DNA of 64,000 nt from Histomonas meleagridis 2922-C6/04-290x (lineage: Eukaryota; Protista; Parabasalia): NCBI GenBank assembly GCA_020184695.1, contig JAANOX010000153.1:868001-932000 (forward strand). The letters are read 5' to 3'. The position numbers were made by a program, and so were the translations under genes. Below, one piece after another: positions 58,543 to 64,000 of the stretch (positions are counted from its first letter, which is position 1; every line of letters starts with the position of its first letter). The notes below the pieces were generated by a model, which was not told where the DNA came from, ran no database searches, and worked only from the letters and a program-made list of their open reading frames with translations.

Positions 58543-59568
58543 TCATTTTGGTATGCGAACAAGTGTTAAAGCAGAATTACATCTTTTCAGAGAAAACGCA
58601 CCACCAAAACCAGTTGGAGAACATGTAGGGGAAAGTGGGAACACGCATTGTATTTCTTCATCTTGTATTTCTTCCAATTTATAAATATGTCTTAATTGAG
58701 AATTAATTTTTGATATTTCTCTCTGTAATGGCTTAATTTGCGCCTCTGATTGCTGCCTTAAAGCGTTCATTTTCTCTGTGTATTTTGTGTTTAGTTCAAG
58801 AACTTGTTCTTTTTGTTTTTGAACAATAATATTATGCTTTTCACTAAATGGATTTGAATGCTCTGATTTGCCATGTGGCGACTTCACTGTCGCTTTTACG
58901 ACAGTTCCGAGTGATTTTATTTCGAGCATTTCGGGTTTTGTGACATTTTTGAATTCATTTTGTGATTCTGTTTTCATTTCTTCTATTGCTGTTTTTATCT
59001 CTATTTTACATTTCTCTTGTTCAGCATCGATATTTTGGTTCAATTCTTTGATTTTTTCTTCAAGTTGAATTTTGGTTTTCATTAATTTCTTTTCTAATTC
59101 TGTGATTTCAGACGGATTATATTCCTCTATGTTGTCATCTTTGAATGTGTATTGTTGTGACTTAAGAATTTTATTGGGTGGCTTAGGTGGCCGTGGTGAA
59201 GTTCTTCCACTTGGACTAAGAGTAATATCAACAAGATCATGTTCCGTAAAATTATCATCTGGTGAAGATATTGAAGATGAATTTTGATCAGGAAAAGATA
59301 AATCATCACAATAAATGTCAATGTCTTTTTCAATTTTTGGAGATAATATCATAGGTGGTTCATGAAATGTCATGAGGCTTTTTAACGGAGGCGGTCTTTT
59401 AAAAGTACTTCTATCTAACGACGAATTTGAAAATTTTCTATTTGCGTGTGTACTATGAGGTGGTTTTGAACCAAATCCCAATATTTGTGCTATAGGTGAA
59501 TTTCCCAACACATTGTTATTGGTTGTTTGACTGAAGGATCGCGTTCTCACCTGAGGTCTTAATTCCAT
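58543..59568 (-). CDS. Hypothetical Ser/Pro-rich and coiled-coil protein
   Basis: 341-aa ATG ORF; many SP sites; C-terminal heptads. Confidence 0.7.
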   Translation of the reverse strand: MELRPQVRTRSFSQTTNNNVLGNSPIAQILGFGSKPPHSTHANRKFSNSSLDRSTFKRPPPLKSLMTFHEPPMILSPKIEKDIDIYCDDLSFPDQNSSSISSPDDNFTEHDLVDITLSPSGRTSPRPPKPPNKILKSQQYTFKDDNIEEYNPSEITELEKKLMKTKIQLEEKIKELNQNIDAEQEKCKIEIKTAIEEMKTESQNEFKNVTKPEMLEIKSLGTVVKATVKSPHGKSEHSNPFSEKHNIIVQKQKEQVLELNTKYTEKMNALRQQSEAQIKPLQREISKINSQLRHIYKLEEIQDEEIQCVFPLSPTCSPTGFGGAFSLKRCNSALTLVRIPK

Positions 59569-60123
59569 TTCTAAACGCCAGCAAAAATCTTCTCAGAATA
59601 AGCGCTTGAATTGTGCCAAATTTTTCAATGAATAAAAACTTTTTGAGGGATCCCAAGAGGATAATAACCCCCGCCAATTGTGTGAAAAGACCCCACTTTT
59701 TTAACTAAACAACACAAAAGCGTCGGTTATTAGGGCGCCCTGTTATCTGGATCATTCCCAATGACCAATCTCCATTCTGTGCAAACATGTTTTTCTTAAT
59801 GCATTAATTCTTCTAATTTAGTTAACTTTAAAATCAAAGATAATAATATTAAATCACATTATATAGTACATTATGGGGAATAATCGAAGAGTTTTTCGAA
59901 TAAACTCCAATTAAAATTTGATACAATGGTATACCATTATAAGAAAGCATATTATAAAATTTTTCATAATATTTGATAAAAATCGAAATATTTTTATTTT
60001 ATTTATCATAATTAGTTTTGAATTGATTATGATCGTTCAGATTGAGTTATTCATAAACGTTCTTTCATGAAATGAATTTCATTTAAACAAAAATAACATT
60101 ATAAAAACAAACAATTTTATTAA

Positions 60124-63100
60124 TTACAATTGCGCATGTACCGAATCGTCCTTTATGATAAACGAATCTGGATTTTTGGAGAAGAATATCACTATATCCT
60201 TCACTCCATTACCTCCTCTTAAAGTTAATGGTACGTTTTCACTTTTATTTTCGAACAAATTTTTAATTTCCTCATTTTTTAATGGGAAATTTTCCAAAAG
60301 CAAATTTAACAATTCCGAAATATTTTGTGGAACATTTTCATTTGCGAAGAACTGATTAAAGTCACCGCAAACGTTTGTAATGACATCATTTTCGTAATAA
60401 AATATCACGAAGAAATTCAACTCCGGGAACTTCTTCATGTTATCCAAGAACTCGTCCACTGTTTTGCTACTAAAGAATTCTTTTTGAGTGATTTTTTTGA
60501 AGATCGGATTTGATTGTGCAGCTATTGTTGGAATGAACTTAATTAAAACGTTTGAAGTATTTAATTCGAATGAAACAATATAAATTCTTACAATCAAAAT
60601 AATAATTAAAATCAACGAAATTACTTGTAACACATCATAAACGATTCGAAATATTTGAATGTGTTCATAAATTTCAATTGACACAAATTTTGTTTGGTTT
60701 ACAACAGGGAACAATTCATGTGAACACTTAACGGTCAAGTTATCGTTCGAACTTAACTCTGCCAAATTTAATAAGTAATAAATTTCTTGAGTTGAATCAG
60801 TATAATTCAAAGTTTTTGGGAAATTATTATTTTGAACATAGACGTTATTCATTTGATAATATAATATAATAAAAATGATTGGGAAAGATAAGAAATATAT
60901 GAATAAAACAAAGATGAAATATAATATATTTGTATATGAATAAGTTTTAATATAAGGTAATTGAAATTGATCATAAGAAGAAATCTTATTAAACAATGTT
61001 GAAACATATTTTAGGATTGGAGGCTGTGCCGTTTTAATTACGTCATAAGCAATGAATTTAGATTTAACTAATAAATAATTAATACAACACATGAAAAATA
61101 TAAATAAAACAAGAATTATAATTATGATTATTGTCATTTGATTTCGAATGTTTTTAATTTCATTTTCTTTATTAATTATTGACCAATCCAAAAAAGAATT
61201 ATAAAAATTCTCAGTTAAATATATTAAATCATTAGTAATTATATGAATTTGTGTTTGATTAAATAATATCGTTGAGATATTTTTAGCTTTATAAATCTTA
61301 TATATACTCTCATGTATCTTAGATAATAACACACCAAAAGTACAATCATGTGAATTACATTTATTCGTTGTGTTATGTAAAAAGTTAAAAGGTTCTTCAA
61401 TCTCATTAATCAATGAAATAAAATCATTTAATTCGATTTCATCTTGACCTAAATGTTTTATTGTCAAATTATATACACTTTCATTTATCGGAAATGAATA
61501 TAAACTTAATGAAATATCGAAATCGATTTTATTTATACAAGTTCTTAACTCAATAATTCTTAAAAGTATTTTATTAGTTTCATTATATTCAACATTCAAA
61601 CCATTAAACAAGAAATTATAACAAAATATTATTATATATAAAACCACAAAAATTATAATTAGAAAAAACATTAAAAACTTAAACCAAAATATTAAATTAG
61701 ATCCAAAGTTCGGTTCGAATTGTGGAGCAGCTCTATTTCTCGAATAAATATGTGTTAATGAAGATAAATATGAATCTTTTAAAGGCAAAGTTTGACTTAA
61801 TCTTTGTGAATCTTCAAGATTATCAATGAATGATATAAATTTATATTTACCATCATCCAAATTTTCGTTTTTGTTTTTATTTTTATATGAAGAATTCGGG
61901 AAAATTATCGATATTCCAGTTGCATCGTTAATGAATAATCTTCCATTATTATTCATTAATGCTAAATACATTCGATAATATTTATCAGCTTTTTTATAAT
62001 CATGAAAAAAATCACATTCGATGACTGATTTCTCACATAAAATCGATGGACAAAACGGATACATAATACGTAACTTTTTAATTTTCAATGATAATTCATA
62101 TAATAATGTACTAATTTGAGAATATGAATCGAAGAATTTCTTTCTGTTCATTTCGGCTGCAGCTGTCCAAAATTCTTTATGAGCTATTACGAATTTTAAT
62201 ATTTGTATTCGATATTTATTTAATTCACGTGATATAATTGGTGATAAATAAGTTGAAGTTTGCATAAAACAATATACAAATTGATATAAAATATATTGCG
62301 TAGCGAAATCAAATATATCTAATGATAATAAATGTAACATAAATTGATATATTTCAGATGTCGAACTCCAAAAAGTCATATATAAGAAAACAGTGTTAGC
62401 TAATACCCATTCATTCTCTGGAAATCGAATTAAACAATACTCAATAAATGTTTCGCTTTGTATTAACTTATTACCTGACGTCATTCCTAATTTAATGATT
62501 TGTTTTAATGTTCGTTCATTCGTTACACGTGATAATGTTTCATGAATAGATTCTGCTGATTGTTCATTATCTAATTGATCTAATATCTTAAAAATAGATC
62601 TTCGTCGTGAATTATGAACTTGATGAATAACTAAAAATATTAACAAAGCAAAAATAGGAAAAACAGAAATAAATGGACCGGAATTAATGATAAATCCATT
62701 TAATATGGCAAAATCAATGATAAAGATTAAACATGAAAAAAAGAATTTCGTGGCAAGAACTTCATTCGTGATGAAGAACATCATTGGTAAATCTAATAGC
62801 ACAGATAAAAACATAAAAAAAGAATATACACAGCCAATGACAAATACAATCGGTTGTGTAATTAGGCCTAAGTTCGTCCCCATAAAGGAAACTACTGATA
62901 TTAAAAATATCGAAAATGGATATAAGAAGGAAGTGATAGAAAACCATTCAGAAACTGTGGCGCGTTGCGTTATTATGAAGTTGGATTCCCCAAAATGTAA
63001 AAATGAAATCATGATTAAATAAAAAACAAAAATAATTATAAAGATTACATGATATGCTTTCGTGCTTGAATGAATCATACAATAGATACAATAGATAAAA

Positions 63101-63543
63101 AGACCTGAGGTAACTGGTAATAACATATTATGAATTCGTGACTCTAGGAAAAGATGTAATGTAACACATACTGATGGAGAAATTAAACATATCACAAATG
63201 AAATAAGAGAGGCAACCATACCAACACAAAATATGATAAGAAATATGGGAACTGGGATAAAACCTGGAGTAATTTCTGAAAAAATTTCTGAAAGATAAAA
63301 TGGTGCTTCTAATTGTGTATATTTTTCAATTCGTGTAGGGACTTGACCAACAATTGCATACGTAATTGCAAAATATAAAAATAATAGATCAAAAACATAT
63401 ATCAGAAATGAAAACATTGTGGATTTTGTTGAAGAATTCATTAAAACTGTTTCAAACCTAAAAAATTGATATTTTAATAGTGTTTTGTTTGGTTTCTCTA
63501 TGTTGGTAAGAGGTTTTGACATTACATTTTCCTTGTGCCCCAT
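60124..63543 (-). CDS. Large multi-pass membrane protein of TmcB/TmcC-like (parabasalid cyclase-type) architecture, no cyclase domain
   Basis: About 9 N-terminal TMs; helical HKEFW...YPFCP.IL region; two further TM pairs; short PAS-like C-terminus. Confidence 0.6.
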   Translation of the reverse strand: MGHKENVMSKPLTNIEKPNKTLLKYQFFRFETVLMNSSTKSTMFSFLIYVFDLLFLYFAITYAIVGQVPTRIEKYTQLEAPFYLSEIFSEITPGFIPVPIFLIIFCVGMVASLISFVICLISPSVCVTLHLFLESRIHNMLLPVTSGLFIYCIYCMIHSSTKAYHVIFIIIFVFYLIMISFLHFGESNFIITQRATVSEWFSITSFLYPFSIFLISVVSFMGTNLGLITQPIVFVIGCVYSFFMFLSVLLDLPMMFFITNEVLATKFFFSCLIFIIDFAILNGFIINSGPFISVFPIFALLIFLVIHQVHNSRRRSIFKILDQLDNEQSAESIHETLSRVTNERTLKQIIKLGMTSGNKLIQSETFIEYCLIRFPENEWVLANTVFLYMTFWSSTSEIYQFMLHLLSLDIFDFATQYILYQFVYCFMQTSTYLSPIISRELNKYRIQILKFVIAHKEFWTAAAEMNRKKFFDSYSQISTLLYELSLKIKKLRIMYPFCPSILCEKSVIECDFFHDYKKADKYYRMYLALMNNNGRLFINDATGISIIFPNSSYKNKNKNENLDDGKYKFISFIDNLEDSQRLSQTLPLKDSYLSSLTHIYSRNRAAPQFEPNFGSNLIFWFKFLMFFLIIIFVVLYIIIFCYNFLFNGLNVEYNETNKILLRIIELRTCINKIDFDISLSLYSFPINESVYNLTIKHLGQDEIELNDFISLINEIEEPFNFLHNTTNKCNSHDCTFGVLLSKIHESIYKIYKAKNISTILFNQTQIHIITNDLIYLTENFYNSFLDWSIINKENEIKNIRNQMTIIIIIILVLFIFFMCCINYLLVKSKFIAYDVIKTAQPPILKYVSTLFNKISSYDQFQLPYIKTYSYTNILYFIFVLFIYFLSFPIIFIILYYQMNNVYVQNNNFPKTLNYTDSTQEIYYLLNLAELSSNDNLTVKCSHELFPVVNQTKFVSIEIYEHIQIFRIVYDVLQVISLILIIILIVRIYIVSFELNTSNVLIKFIPTIAAQSNPIFKKITQKEFFSSKTVDEFLDNMKKFPELNFFVIFYYENDVITNVCGDFNQFFANENVPQNISELLNLLLENFPLKNEEIKNLFENKSENVPLTLRGGNGVKDIVIFFSKNPDSFIIKDDSVHAQL

Positions 63544-64000
63544 ACAGTGATATTTACAACCGTTTAAAAACAGTTGATATTCAAATAAACGGTCGGTGGC
63601 GTAAAAAAAAACAAATTGATAAATTTAAATAATACAAGATATGATATCGTGTACAGACATAAATAATGAATAATATACATCATAGGTATTCTATATTTTC
63701 TGGAAAAAAAACAAAAAATATAAAATTATAAAGAGATTTAGTGTAAAGAAATTTCGATGTTTTTTTTTAAAAAAAAATTGATATTTAATTCAAAAACGAA
63801 AATAGTAAGTTACCATTAAAGAAAGGTATCAGAATATTCAAAAGATTTTTTGATATCAATTGGAGGATGAAGAAGTTTTTCGACCGTTAAAAAATTATTG
63901 TGCAAAAATTCACTAAATGCAATAATTTTTTAGATGATTCCAAAAAAATATCCAAATGGATATTTTATGAGGTGCTCCTGATTGCTCTTAGAGTCGTTGT

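Noticed and set aside
59680-59745. RNase MRP/P RNA (GAAAAGACCCC resembles CR-I)
   Set aside because: No complementary CR-V/P4 partner found downstream.

Overview
AT-rich, gene-dense, apparently intron-free eukaryotic DNA in the standard genetic code. DUF3447/ankyrin families, half-size ABCA genes, short intergenics with M3-like motifs and ciliary meckelin suggest a parabasalid (Tritrichomonas/Histomonas-like); this is inferred, not proven. Positions 1-26 kb and 35-64 kb carry mostly intact genes: Raptor, ENT, RPL4, nucleoside hydrolase, SUN-domain protein, LAG1/TLC, F-BAR-SH3, calnexin, Rpn10-like, acid phosphatase, two divergent ABCA halves, Ras-like, ARM protein, tRNA-Arg(TCG), Rpn7, meckelin, TMCO1, SAPS-like and a TmcB/C-like membrane protein. 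The 26.3-34.9 kb interval holds only pseudogenes and repeats and is bounded by inverted copies of a Merlin (IS1595/ISXO2-like) terminal repeat. Inside it is a Merlin element whose transposase is interrupted by a nested 852-bp Tc1 (DD34E) element with perfect 23-bp TIRs and TA duplication; removing it in silico restores the Merlin frame. Other oddities: ankyrin repeats interrupted at one position by a conserved semi-palindromic AT-rich insert (apparently expanded into a 20-bp minisatellite at 30 kb), an HSP70 with a frameshift and a large deletion marked by a 10-bp junction duplication, a frameshifted ARF1, a Ras pseudo-GTPase, a pseudokinase and a recurrent GTGCCCC motif upstream of start codons. 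All assignments come from motif recognition by eye; no searches were run.
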